Assembly (NCBI GenBank): GCA_013540595.1
Contig: JABXKE010000002.1
Location: forward strand, 60,050 to 124,049
Reading direction: 5' to 3'
DNA length: 64,000 bases
Source: Pyrodictium sp.
Lineage (GTDB): Archaea; Thermoproteota; Thermoprotei_A; Sulfolobales; Pyrodictiaceae
Positions 55,919 to 64,000 of the stretch are shown piece by piece. Both the position numbers and the translations under genes were made by a program. Positions within the stretch are counted from its first letter, which is position 1. Each line of letters begins with the position of its first letter. Below the pieces are notes generated by a model. The model was not told where the DNA came from, searched no databases, and was given only the letters and a program-made list of their open reading frames with translations.

Positions 55919-57769
55919 CTACCTTATTACGCAGAGACTACTACACTTCTTAGGCCATGCTACTGCATCGTTTTCAGCTATGCAGGCTAGGCATGCTGCT
56001 ACTTGGCTTGCTGTAGGCCTCTCTTCTGGGTTGTCTGAGAGCATTCTCTCGATAAGCGATACGACAATGTTGGCTGGGCCTTTTACACGTATTATGCTCG
56101 CTATCTTGCTCGTGTCACAGATCATTCCTTTTTCATGGCTTAGCTTGCAGAGCTTGCTATGTTTTAGTCTAACTATCTGCTTTTGGTTCATCCCGGTTAG
56201 GAGTTGAAGCATTATCATGCCGAGCCCGTACACATCATGGCTTGGCTCTGCCCGAGGAGGCTCACTACATATCGGAGCGCTCTTTCTCCCCATTTCGTTG
56301 CAAACTATATCGTAGCCCTCCACCTCTGGAGCCGCGTAGCCAGGTGTGAGCTGTACAACTGGTGTTTCCAGCCTCACTGCTGCACCTAGGTCAGTGAGCT
56401 TAGGTACTACACGGGCTTCTTCAGGTGTTAGCAGAGCCTTGAGCATTTCTTCAAGGAGCTTCTTGGGTTCTAGTGGGGGCTTAGCTGTGAACAGTATATT
56501 TGTCGGCTTCATGTCCTCGTAGACGTAGCCGCTGCCATGAACGTGGGCTAGTGCTTTTGCTATCACAGCACCCATAGCTGCTGCTGAGCGTATCCACTCA
56601 ACACTATTAGGGTCTAAGAGCCTGGAGCGCATGGCTTCTCTTAGGAAATCGGCTAGGCTGCCGCCGCCAAGGTACTCCATTATTATGGCTGGCGGTGAGA
56701 GCATGTAGACTTCAAGGCTATCATTCATTACTGCTTTGTGGAGCCTCTCAGAGTCTATGTGTATAGCTTTAAGCCTAGCCACATATGGGCTCCTAGCACT
56801 GAGCTCGCGCAAGCTACTAGCTTCTCTCTCTATGTCTTTTGCTATGTCTACAACGCTCCTCACCACCTTACTGGGCGTAGCACCACTAGACTCTAGAGGC
56901 ATAGGGAGTAGTAGTTTTACTGCAGACTTATCAGAAGGGTCTTCACGTGCGTGTGCTCTTACTACTATGCCGAACCCACCCTTGCCGATGTACTCCTCTA
57001 CAACGTAGCCATGGACTTCTCTGCCCTGGAGACACTTTTCTACAATTACCTCTGGATACTTCACAAAAAGAGAGAGCTTAACCTCGCGGCATTCAGGGCT
57101 AACACCCCTGCGGACCACGTGCTTCCCAGTATCCTCACTTGCCTCGGTAACCTTCTCCTCTACTGCAACTCTCCTACTCACAATGCGCAGAGTAGCGTAC
57201 TCTACGACTGTGGAGACTAGAGCTAGGAGCGCAGCTAAGCCGAGTAGAGCTGAACCAGGGTCTATGACGAGACTAGAGCCTGCACCTTCAACGACTATTG
57301 ATCCTGTGTTTGGGTCTACTATGCCAAGCTCTAATATTACGTGGCGGTGGAGGATGTAGAAGAGTATTGGGAGCCCTGTATACATGTTAACGGCTATGAC
57401 TATAGCAAAGAACAAGAGTAGTGAGGGGGTAGCCAGTATTGCTTCCTGCATGTAGTCTAGAGTAAAAGTATGTGTGCTCATGAGGCCCCATACTATTAGG
57501 GGCATTGATAGGCCTAGAGCGCCAAGCGCCGTGGCTGCCGAGCTTAATCCTATACTAGCAAATAAGACACCAGAGAAGACCATGTAGTATGATATGAATG
57601 CGAAGAGCCTAGCAGTACGCACGGGTTCACAGTATATACAGCCTCTAACCCACCACACAAGGGGGTCCAAGTCAACGCCATTACTCACAGCAAGAAGCCT
57701 AGATGCTGTGGCGGCGAGAAGCCCCAAAGCAAGCAATGGTAAGCCAAGCATGATCCGTGACTTCCTCAA
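55919..57769 (-). CDS. Membrane-bound eukaryotic-like Ser/Thr protein kinase (Hanks-type) with an N-terminal polytopic membrane domain.
   Basis: Catalytic motifs: IGKGGFGIVV (Gly loop), AVKLL (VAIK-like), DMKPTNILF (catalytic loop), LTDLGAAV (DFG-like), GYAAPE (APE). The N-terminal ~200 aa contains 6 or more TM helices. Confidence 0.85.
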   Translation of the reverse strand: MRKSRIMLGLPLLALGLLAATASRLLAVSNGVDLDPLVWWVRGCIYCEPVRTARLFAFISYYMVFSGVLFASIGLSSAATALGALGLSMPLIVWGLMSTHTFTLDYMQEAILATPSLLLFFAIVIAVNMYTGLPILFYILHRHVILELGIVDPNTGSIVVEGAGSSLVIDPGSALLGLAALLALVSTVVEYATLRIVSRRVAVEEKVTEASEDTGKHVVRRGVSPECREVKLSLFVKYPEVIVEKCLQGREVHGYVVEEYIGKGGFGIVVRAHAREDPSDKSAVKLLLPMPLESSGATPSKVVRSVVDIAKDIEREASSLRELSARSPYVARLKAIHIDSERLHKAVMNDSLEVYMLSPPAIIMEYLGGGSLADFLREAMRSRLLDPNSVEWIRSAAAMGAVIAKALAHVHGSGYVYEDMKPTNILFTAKPPLEPKKLLEEMLKALLTPEEARVVPKLTDLGAAVRLETPVVQLTPGYAAPEVEGYDIVCNEMGRKSAPICSEPPRAEPSHDVYGLGMIMLQLLTGMNQKQIVRLKHSKLCKLSHEKGMICDTSKIASIIRVKGPANIVVSLIERMLSDNPEERPTASQVAACLACIAENDAVAWPKKCSSLCVIR

Positions 57770-57911
57770 AACACTACCACCGAGCCGTCAGACTCGTGGA
57801 GGCTTCTACTCTCACGCCTAATAGTCTAAACCACAGTTGGCCTCGTACCATGCATAAATGTGGTAGCCCCTACTCATTTCAAACTTGCCCCCCTACCGAG
57901 ACTATCAGTGC

Positions 57912-58820
57912 TTACTTAGCCCCATAGTATAGTGGCTTGATTACCCTTTCTTCAATGTCTACCAGCAGTACTGCCGCTCTTCTACCATGGTACAAGCTTG
58001 AGAATACTGATATGACACAATACTCTAACTCATCGAGCCCCAAAGTAACGCTTACACCATCACTATGGCCTCCATCGCTATGCCATACTAGTACACCGTC
58101 AACAGTCTCGTGAGCCCTAACAAGTACTTTAAGCCTATTCTCTTCGAGAAACTTTCTCCAGGCGCTACGGCCGTAGAGGTATATACCTAGGCCACGTGGG
58201 CTAGGTAGGAACCACTCGATGCCGCCACGCGGGTCGTTCCATAGGGCCTGCATTACTAGGCTGGACTCACTCTCTACTAGTGATGGCGAGCCCTCCTCTC
58301 TCAAGACGCGGGCTTCTCGGGCTATCTCTTCGACACGCACAGGGTCTTCTTCACTATTTGAGCATAGTCTGCAAGGCACACCCCCATGGACGAAGAACAC
58401 CTCGTTGGCCCTAGCAGCTATGGGCAGTGCAGAGTATAGCTTAGCTATGTCATTAAGGTAATCTGGCCCCCTCTTGTTTAGGGCTTCACTATAGAAGCCA
58501 TAGTAGTAGTTCATCTCTAGGTCTTCGTGGTTGCCGCGAAGCATGTAAATTGCTGGGCTGCCATCCTCTAGCAGCCTAGACAGTACCAGTTCAAGGTTCT
58601 CTACGCCCCTGGGCCCGCGATCCACGTAGTCACCGAGGAACAGCACAGCTTCAACGCCCAAGTGCTCAGCAAGCTCTAAAGCCCACTCTGTGACTTCAGG
58701 GTATCCATGTGTATCTCCTACAACAAGAATCCTCGCCGCCTCAAGCTCAAGCACTGGCTCTTGGGCCTTAAGCTTCTCAATAGCTCTACTAAGCAATGCA
58801 TGGTAATCACTACTACTCAT
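57912..58820 (-). CDS. PPP-family Ser/Thr protein phosphatase (PP2A-like metallophosphoesterase).
   Basis: GDxHG (ILVVGDTHGY), GDxVDRG (LFLGDYVDRGP) and GNHE (LRGNHE) motifs. Confidence 0.85.
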   Translation of the reverse strand: MSSSDYHALLSRAIEKLKAQEPVLELEAARILVVGDTHGYPEVTEWALELAEHLGVEAVLFLGDYVDRGPRGVENLELVLSRLLEDGSPAIYMLRGNHEDLEMNYYYGFYSEALNKRGPDYLNDIAKLYSALPIAARANEVFFVHGGVPCRLCSNSEEDPVRVEEIAREARVLREEGSPSLVESESSLVMQALWNDPRGGIEWFLPSPRGLGIYLYGRSAWRKFLEENRLKVLVRAHETVDGVLVWHSDGGHSDGVSVTLGLDELEYCVISVFSSLYHGRRAAVLLVDIEERVIKPLYYGAK

Positions 58821-58893
58821 GGCTTGTTATCCCCCTCTACAACATTGCGAGAGGGCGCCAGGGCTACCTAGCCGTTAGAGGTAGCCGTTTTCT

Positions 58894-60072
58894 TCAGCTT
58901 GATCTAAGCCTTTTTGTTGCTTCACTAACAAGCTTCTTAGTAGCCTCTACAGCCTCGGCTCCACCAAGCCTCTTAGTCACTTCTGCTACTTCTCTCATCC
59001 TCTTCGTCTGCACGATAAGGTCTACCCTCTTAGTCTTCTCGGCAAGCTTCTCAGCCTCTACGAGCCTCTTAGTAGCAGCATCAATGTCTCCTTCGAGAAC
59101 AAGCCTCCTGGCTTGCTCCACGTAGACCTGGTATAGGTAGTAGTCGTAGACCTCCCTATTGATGCCAGCTACGAACTCTTCTCTGCTCTTTGCGGGTGTG
59201 ACTTTGTAGGAGAATTTTTCAACGCTCCTCTCTCCCGTGACGGGGTCCTCGTATGAGACCACTATTAGAGCTACATCACCATAATAGTTTGCTGGTATCT
59301 TGACTTCTCCGTAGAACTCTACCTCCTCGTCTTTTAGGACTGGTATAGTGATTGTGAGGCCGTCATAGCCTATGAATCTTGCAGAGCCCGTAATGGGTTC
59401 AAGGACTACCTCAACATTCTTAGCATAAGCCTCAGACGCTGCTGCCTTCTCGAAGGCCTCTACGAGCTTCTCGAGACCGGCAGTGCTCACGTGCTCGAAT
59501 ACGCCACCACCCTTATCGGCTAGTAGTGCTAGTAACTTCTCGTTGTAGTCGGGTCCAACACCTATAATGTAGGGTTTATAGTTGCTGGGCCACTTGAGCT
59601 CAGCGTATTTCTCCAAGTCTGTCACATCTGTTGGACGCCCATCTGTGAGCAATACTATGAACCCGCTATCACCGCTCTTCTCAGCTATCTCAATAGCCCT
59701 CTTCAACGCGCGGTACAAGGGTGTGCCATCCTCAGGGAATAGACCTTCTACTGCGTCAATTATCTCACTGCGCTCCCTTACAGGGTCACGACGGACAACA
59801 AGCTCTTTAACATGGAATGCTGCCGTGCCAAAAGCTAGTACTGTCACATAGTTGCCCTCCGGGAGCATTTCGACTAACCGTTTGACAGCCTTCTTAGCCG
59901 TCTCTATCTTTCCTCCCCTCATAGACCCACTTGCATCGATCAATACTATGTAGTGGATGCCACTAACCCGGACAGCCCCACGGACTGGTGTGAGCGTAAG
60001 CCTAAATGCCCCTGTTACTGGTGTAGTGAAGCTGCGAGTGTGGCTCTGCTCAAAGCTTACTTGGAGAACCAT
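58894..60072 (-). CDS. von Willebrand factor type A (vWA) domain protein, ArnB-like.
   Basis: MIDAS motif DASGSM in IVLIDASGSMRGGKIETAKKAV. Length 392 aa. It is divergent from the Zn-ribbon/FHA gene. Confidence 0.75.
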   Translation of the reverse strand: MVLQVSFEQSHTRSFTTPVTGAFRLTLTPVRGAVRVSGIHYIVLIDASGSMRGGKIETAKKAVKRLVEMLPEGNYVTVLAFGTAAFHVKELVVRRDPVRERSEIIDAVEGLFPEDGTPLYRALKRAIEIAEKSGDSGFIVLLTDGRPTDVTDLEKYAELKWPSNYKPYIIGVGPDYNEKLLALLADKGGGVFEHVSTAGLEKLVEAFEKAAASEAYAKNVEVVLEPITGSARFIGYDGLTITIPVLKDEEVEFYGEVKIPANYYGDVALIVVSYEDPVTGERSVEKFSYKVTPAKSREEFVAGINREVYDYYLYQVYVEQARRLVLEGDIDAATKRLVEAEKLAEKTKRVDLIVQTKRMREVAEVTKRLGGAEAVEATKKLVSEATKRLRSS

Positions 60073-60227
60073 GTATAGCCCCTCACAACAAGACTCTAGG
60101 ACTACTATAATAGCAACTACTGGGATTTATCGTGTTATCCTTTAACCATAGACACCTGGTAGTCAACGCTGAGAGGAGGGCCCACTTGTGTTGCTCCGTT
60201 TAACCCACTAACATAGTGTGAGAAATA

Positions 60228-60902
60228 GTGGTTTTATCTAGGGATACAAGCATAGTAAACACGGGGCTGAAGTGTATGCCCTGGAAATGCCCCGTGTGCG
60301 GTGCAGAGAACGAGGATGACAAGGAGTTCTGTGTTGTATGCGGCGCCGTGAGGCCATCAAATGATGAAGCAGAAAAGCAAGAGGCTCTACAGCTACAGGA
60401 GCCACGTGCTAAGTACGTTGAAAAAGCTGAGGAGGAGGCTGTAACAGAGGAAGCAGCAATAGCAGAGGCTAGTGGAGCTCCGGAAGAGGCTACTGTAGTA
60501 GAAGAGGAAACTGTAGGGGAAGCCGTTGAAGAAGCCGAGGCCGAGCAACCGCCTCCAACAGCGCCTATTGAGGTGCTCTATTTTGAGGTGGTAAATGCTC
60601 CTGCCCCTGATCTTGTCGGGAAGAAGATACCATTGATGTTTAAGGTGTTCCCACAGATCACTATTGGTCGTAGCCCTGAGAACGTGGTTATACTCCCTGA
60701 CCCCACAGTCTCAAGACGCCATGCCACTATCAGGGTTGAGGATGGAAAGGTGGTACTCGTAGACCTAGGCAGTACTAATGGCACCTATGTCTATAACAGT
60801 GAGACTGGGAGCTTTGATAAGGTAGAAAAGGTTGAGCTGAAGCCTGGCATGATTGTGAGATTTGGTGAAAACACAATAGTGAAGATAGTCTCAGAGCCCT
60901 AA
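60228..60902 (+). CDS. Zinc-ribbon plus forkhead-associated (FHA) domain protein, ArnA-like.
   Basis: N-terminal CPVCGAENEDDKEFCVVCGA zinc ribbon, an acidic linker, and a C-terminal FHA core ITIGRSPENVVILPDPTVSRRHATIRVEDGKVVLVDLGSTNGTYV. Confidence 0.8.
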   Translation: MVLSRDTSIVNTGLKCMPWKCPVCGAENEDDKEFCVVCGAVRPSNDEAEKQEALQLQEPRAKYVEKAEEEAVTEEAAIAEASGAPEEATVVEEETVGEAVEEAEAEQPPPTAPIEVLYFEVVNAPAPDLVGKKIPLMFKVFPQITIGRSPENVVILPDPTVSRRHATIRVEDGKVVLVDLGSTNGTYVYNSETGSFDKVEKVELKPGMIVRFGENTIVKIVSEP

Positions 60903-62852
60903 GCTACCCCTTTCTGCTCGTGAAGCTACTAGGTAACCCATAGCTATACCAGTGACAAGAGTAGCTACTAGGCCTAGTGGCTCAAAGCTTTTCACAGCTT
61001 TAGCTTTCTCTGCTATGTGTGTTATAGTGCGAGTATACGTAGTAGTATACATAGTTGTTTTCGTGACAGTTTTTGTGGTCTCTTTCTCCCTAGTTACCAG
61101 CACTGTACTTGTCTGAGATGCTGTTACTGTCTTAGTAGTGGTCTCTTTTTCGACTACTGTTAGTGTCACAGTAGTCGTCTCATACACCGTGATTACCTGC
61201 ACTCTAGGTGTCTCTATGGGTGTTAGGGTAGGCTCGGTTGGAGGCTGTGTCGTTGCTGGACTTGTCTTAATGGTTATTGTCTCAGTTCTCTCTAGGAGGT
61301 TTTGTGGGCTGCCATGAATTACTAGTGGCGCCTCTCTTGGCGTTGCTGCTAGTAGTCTTGCAGCAATTACTACTAGTGCTATTCTTGCCTGGTCATAGTA
61401 CAGCTTGTCTCCCTCACGATACACGGCTATAGCTGGGTCATAGTAGCTCATAGGCGAGACAACATAGTCCATCAGCCATCTCGTCTCGACAGATGGGCTT
61501 GAAGCATCTAGCTGTAGCTGGAATGGATGGCCTAGCCCCATGAAGTGCCCTATTTCGTGTGCTATTGCTCTCACCAGTCCGCCCCGTAGTATCCGGTAGC
61601 CGTAGCCCGGGAAGCTTAGTACTGTGTATTCTAGTGTACTGAAGCCAGTGAAGTTGAAGTTTGAGCCTGGAAACCTCATAAAGCTTGGCTTCGGTGTAGC
61701 TAGCACGTAGACTGGATATTTGCACTCTTCTACTATGCGCTCCATAGCTACTTTACTGGGGCTACACAAGCTTATTCCTCGCGAGTATATGTTGTCTGCA
61801 ACACTCTCGTCAACAACGTCAAGACTTAGCACCATCCATCCATCCTCCATCTTTGCAGATGAGACTATGTCTCTTAGCTCTGGGTTCTCATCAGCATCCA
61901 AGACTCTCAGTGTTACATTGTACTCTGTCCATGGATTCATACTCTCTAGCATGCTTTCTAGGAGAGAAGTATTAATCATGTCTAGTACTGTCTCTGTAAC
62001 AGTTTCATTACCATAATCCACAACTACTACGTCCACATCAAGCTTCTCAACATGCTTTACTCCAACACACATAAAGCTAAGATAGTGATAACGCAAGTGG
62101 TCTACAACTAAGCCCCTAACGTAGCCTGGCACATTACTCATACTCCATAGTGGTGGCTCAGTAGTGATATTAACGTGTACGCCAGAGCCGTAGAATGGTA
62201 TTGTTCTTACAGGCCAGGAGCGTGGTACTACTGTCAAGTCATAGAACGCCATCGGGTGTGGTCCAGCCCACCCCTTAACCCCTTCTAGAGCCTCTACATG
62301 AATGTATTGTGGTGGCTTCTCGTAGTACTGCCTAGAAACACCATCCACATCACCTATCACGACTACTATGTCGTCTGCTTTGATCCCCTCTGCTTGGAGT
62401 AGACTACTGGTCAAGTTCCAGAGAAAATCATAGAACTCTCTAAGTCTAAGCCACTTGATTCTGAGGCTGTGCTTGATAGCATAGTCTTTAGCCCAGTTAG
62501 GCATGTCTAGATCCTCATAGTGTTCTGCCATCCATTCTTGTAGCTTGCTTAGTGCCCAGCTGGGAGCGTAGAGGTATCTTATGCTAGCATTGAGGCTTAC
62601 ACTACACTCAAGCGATATTAGTGTCTCGTTGAAAAGCTCTTGTGTTGTGTTTCCTAGTATGCTGTAAGAGGGGTCATAAGCTACTACAGCAACGTTGAGG
62701 CTGAGAATCATATTGGCTTTACTGCTACTGTTATCTTCACCATAGGCTACTAGCGGCAAGAGCACAAGTGCGTATAGGACTAATAGAACTGCAATACTGA
62801 CTAATCTACTGGCGCTGTTAGTATTGCCTGTATACAACCATGTGCACCCCAT
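60891..62852 (-). CDS. Membrane-anchored extracellular zinc metalloprotease with a metzincin-type active site.
   Basis: HEIGHFMGLGH (HExxHxxGxxH), followed about 25 aa later by a SPMSY Met-turn candidate. There is an N-terminal signal/TM, a Thr-rich stalk and a C-terminal TM anchor (LVATLVTGIAMGYLV). Confidence 0.7.
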   Translation of the reverse strand: MGCTWLYTGNTNSASRLVSIAVLLVLYALVLLPLVAYGEDNSSSKANMILSLNVAVVAYDPSYSILGNTTQELFNETLISLECSVSLNASIRYLYAPSWALSKLQEWMAEHYEDLDMPNWAKDYAIKHSLRIKWLRLREFYDFLWNLTSSLLQAEGIKADDIVVVIGDVDGVSRQYYEKPPQYIHVEALEGVKGWAGPHPMAFYDLTVVPRSWPVRTIPFYGSGVHVNITTEPPLWSMSNVPGYVRGLVVDHLRYHYLSFMCVGVKHVEKLDVDVVVVDYGNETVTETVLDMINTSLLESMLESMNPWTEYNVTLRVLDADENPELRDIVSSAKMEDGWMVLSLDVVDESVADNIYSRGISLCSPSKVAMERIVEECKYPVYVLATPKPSFMRFPGSNFNFTGFSTLEYTVLSFPGYGYRILRGGLVRAIAHEIGHFMGLGHPFQLQLDASSPSVETRWLMDYVVSPMSYYDPAIAVYREGDKLYYDQARIALVVIAARLLAATPREAPLVIHGSPQNLLERTETITIKTSPATTQPPTEPTLTPIETPRVQVITVYETTTVTLTVVEKETTTKTVTASQTSTVLVTREKETTKTVTKTTMYTTTYTRTITHIAEKAKAVKSFEPLGLVATLVTGIAMGYLVASRAERGSLGL

Positions 62853-63076
62853 CCATCGGGGCTGTGTGGGAAATATAAATCAGTGCTCCTAGACTCTGCC
62901 TACTTAACTGGTGTGTAGCGTCTTTAGTGTGATGATGCTGGCCTGTACTTAGGCCTAGAGGGGAGATGCTGAGGCCTGGGGGATCATAACTGAAAACCTC
63001 TACGTAATGCCGCACAACGATTTATTCCGTAGATAACTTATTTAACACCATAAAAGTCTACCGTAATTAACGTGGG

Positions 63077-63310
63077 TTGAAGCAGGCTATGGAGAAACTG
63101 GATCTGCGTGGTAGAGAGTGTCCAGAGCCGTATATTATTGTCATGAGGAAATTCATGAATATGAAGCCAGGCGATAGTATGGAGGTCCTCATGGATTCTT
63201 GGAAGTGTGCATTCTTAGTTGTCGAAAGCATGAAGGCAGTAAAGATGGGCACTGTTAACATAGAAAAGAAAGATAATTACTATGTTATCAAGCTTACTAG
63301 AGTAAAGTAG
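63077..63310 (+). CDS. tusA: TusA/SirA-family sulfur-carrier protein.
   Basis: LDLRGRECPEP contains the conserved CPxP motif. Length 77 aa. Confidence 0.8.
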   Translation: MKQAMEKLDLRGRECPEPYIIVMRKFMNMKPGDSMEVLMDSWKCAFLVVESMKAVKMGTVNIEKKDNYYVIKLTRVK

Positions 63311-63486
63311 CCTTCCACTACTACTCCGAATGCTTGTAGTTCGCCCCCCTTGTTTGTTATAGTTGTTTGCTGTGGTTGTTATTGTTCCACTTGCTAACGC
63401 TTCAAACCGTATATCTTAAATATCTGTGAGATTTAAGATATTATTAGTTCTGAAGAAACCTTTATTTAACGCTGTTAAAGTTATTC

Positions 63487-64000
63487 ATGAATACCAGAGA
63501 GTTAACTCGGGTTAAAGATGGAGGGGGAGGGGATGCAGCTGGATTGTCGTCCAAACCCACAGTAAAGACAACAACGATATCAAAGCATGATAGAGAATGC
63601 AACGTAAGGATAGAACTCATACCAATAGAACTGCTAAGACCGCATGAGCAGATAATTGATGAGCATGTAGAGGAGCTACTTGAGGACATTCGTAGAAGAG
63701 GGGTTCTCATTAAGCCTATACTCGTCGATGAGAAGACTCTAACAATACTTGATGGCCACCACCGTGTCGAGGCTTTGCGGAGGCTTGGTGCAAAGTATGT
63801 GCCAGCAGTACTAGTAGACTATGATGATGAGTGTATAAGTGTTGGTACATGGAGGCCTGGATGGAAGGTTACTAAGAGCCTTGTACGTTCTACTGCTCTT
63901 AGTGGTAAACTCTTACCCCCTAAGACTAGTAGACATATAACTCGTTTTGAGATTCCTGAGTTGAATATTCCTCTTCGTGTATTAGTTGAAGGTGGTGAAG
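63487..64000 (+). CDS. ParB/sulfiredoxin-like nuclease-domain protein, N-terminal 171 aa (gene runs off the right edge).
   Basis: I translated from the ATG at 63487 by hand. The product contains LIKPILVDEKTLTILDGHHRVEAL, the ParB N-terminal domain DGHHR-type motif. The ORF track does not list it because it is open-ended. Confidence 0.55.
   Translation, partial: MNTRELTRVKDGGGGDAAGLSSKPTVKTTTISKHDRECNVRIELIPIELLRPHEQIIDEHVEELLEDIRRRGVLIKPILVDEKTLTILDGHHRVEALRRLGAKYVPAVLVDYDDECISVGTWRPGWKVTKSLVRSTALSGKLLPPKTSRHITRFEIPELNIPLRVLVEGGE

Noticed and set aside
1-64000. CRISPR arrays, rRNA/tRNA genes, transposases or integrases.
   Set aside because: I scanned both strands for regularly spaced direct repeats, canonical tRNA T-loops and acceptor stems, and DDE or tyrosine-recombinase-like ORFs. 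None were found. The accessory character of some segments rests only on gene truncations, ORF-free gaps and composition.

Overview
This 64-kb window reads as archaeal chromosome, most likely from a hyperthermophilic crenarchaeon (Thermoprotei, Desulfurococcales or Pyrodictiaceae-like). The evidence is AGG/AGA arginine codon use at about 50-55% GC, archaeal class III (pilin-type) signal peptides, a ferritin-like/encapsulin fusion of the Pyrococcus PfV type, ArnA/ArnB-like regulators, and an ATPase-type HypB. Coding density is high and genes sit on both strands. I found no rRNA, tRNA or CRISPR array. The content runs in this order. (1) At the left edge, a decayed restriction-modification-like island: a P-loop ATPase that I tentatively assign to DUF499/COG1483, a 5'-truncated DNA methyltransferase remnant butted against a 5'-truncated archaeal ATPase remnant, and a winged-helix (wHTH)/PD-(D/E)xK nuclease-like gene. 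(2) A peptide/amino-acid salvage trio: S9 acylaminoacyl peptidase, M20 peptidase and D-aminoacylase. (3) A four-gene respiratory operon: tetraheme cytochrome c, Tat-exported 4Fe-4S protein, NrfD/PsrC-type membrane subunit and monoheme cytochrome c. This is an ACIII- or NrfBCD-like quinone module and is unusual for a crenarchaeon. (4) HypA plus an Mrp/MinD-type HypB, and a UbiA/UbiD quinone pair. (5) A NitT/TauT-type ABC importer, an Orn/DAP-family decarboxylase, and a DUF1641 plus SQR-like flavoprotein pair. (6) A ferritin-like/encapsulin fusion, a PAPS-reductase-like PP-loop protein, and GTP-dependent PEP carboxykinase. (7) An ABC exporter operon whose secreted partner is separated from a perfect signal peptide by a frameshift. 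(8) A hydantoinase A/B pair next to a LivF gene fragment and a roughly 1-kb ORF-free gap. (9) A three-gene pilin-like cluster flanked by a B12/radical-SAM enzyme. (10) His/Met-rich secreted proteins, and a TRASH-domain mini-protein overlapping thi4. (11) A compact eukaryotic-like phospho-signalling island (membrane Ser/Thr kinase, PPP phosphatase, vWA ArnB-like, Zn-ribbon/FHA ArnA-like), followed by a membrane-anchored metzincin, a TusA-like protein and a ParB-like gene. The best candidates for a novel system are the kinase/phosphatase/ArnAB-like island beside the pilin-like surface-filament cluster, the cytochrome-c/NrfD operon, and the decayed defence junction at the left end.
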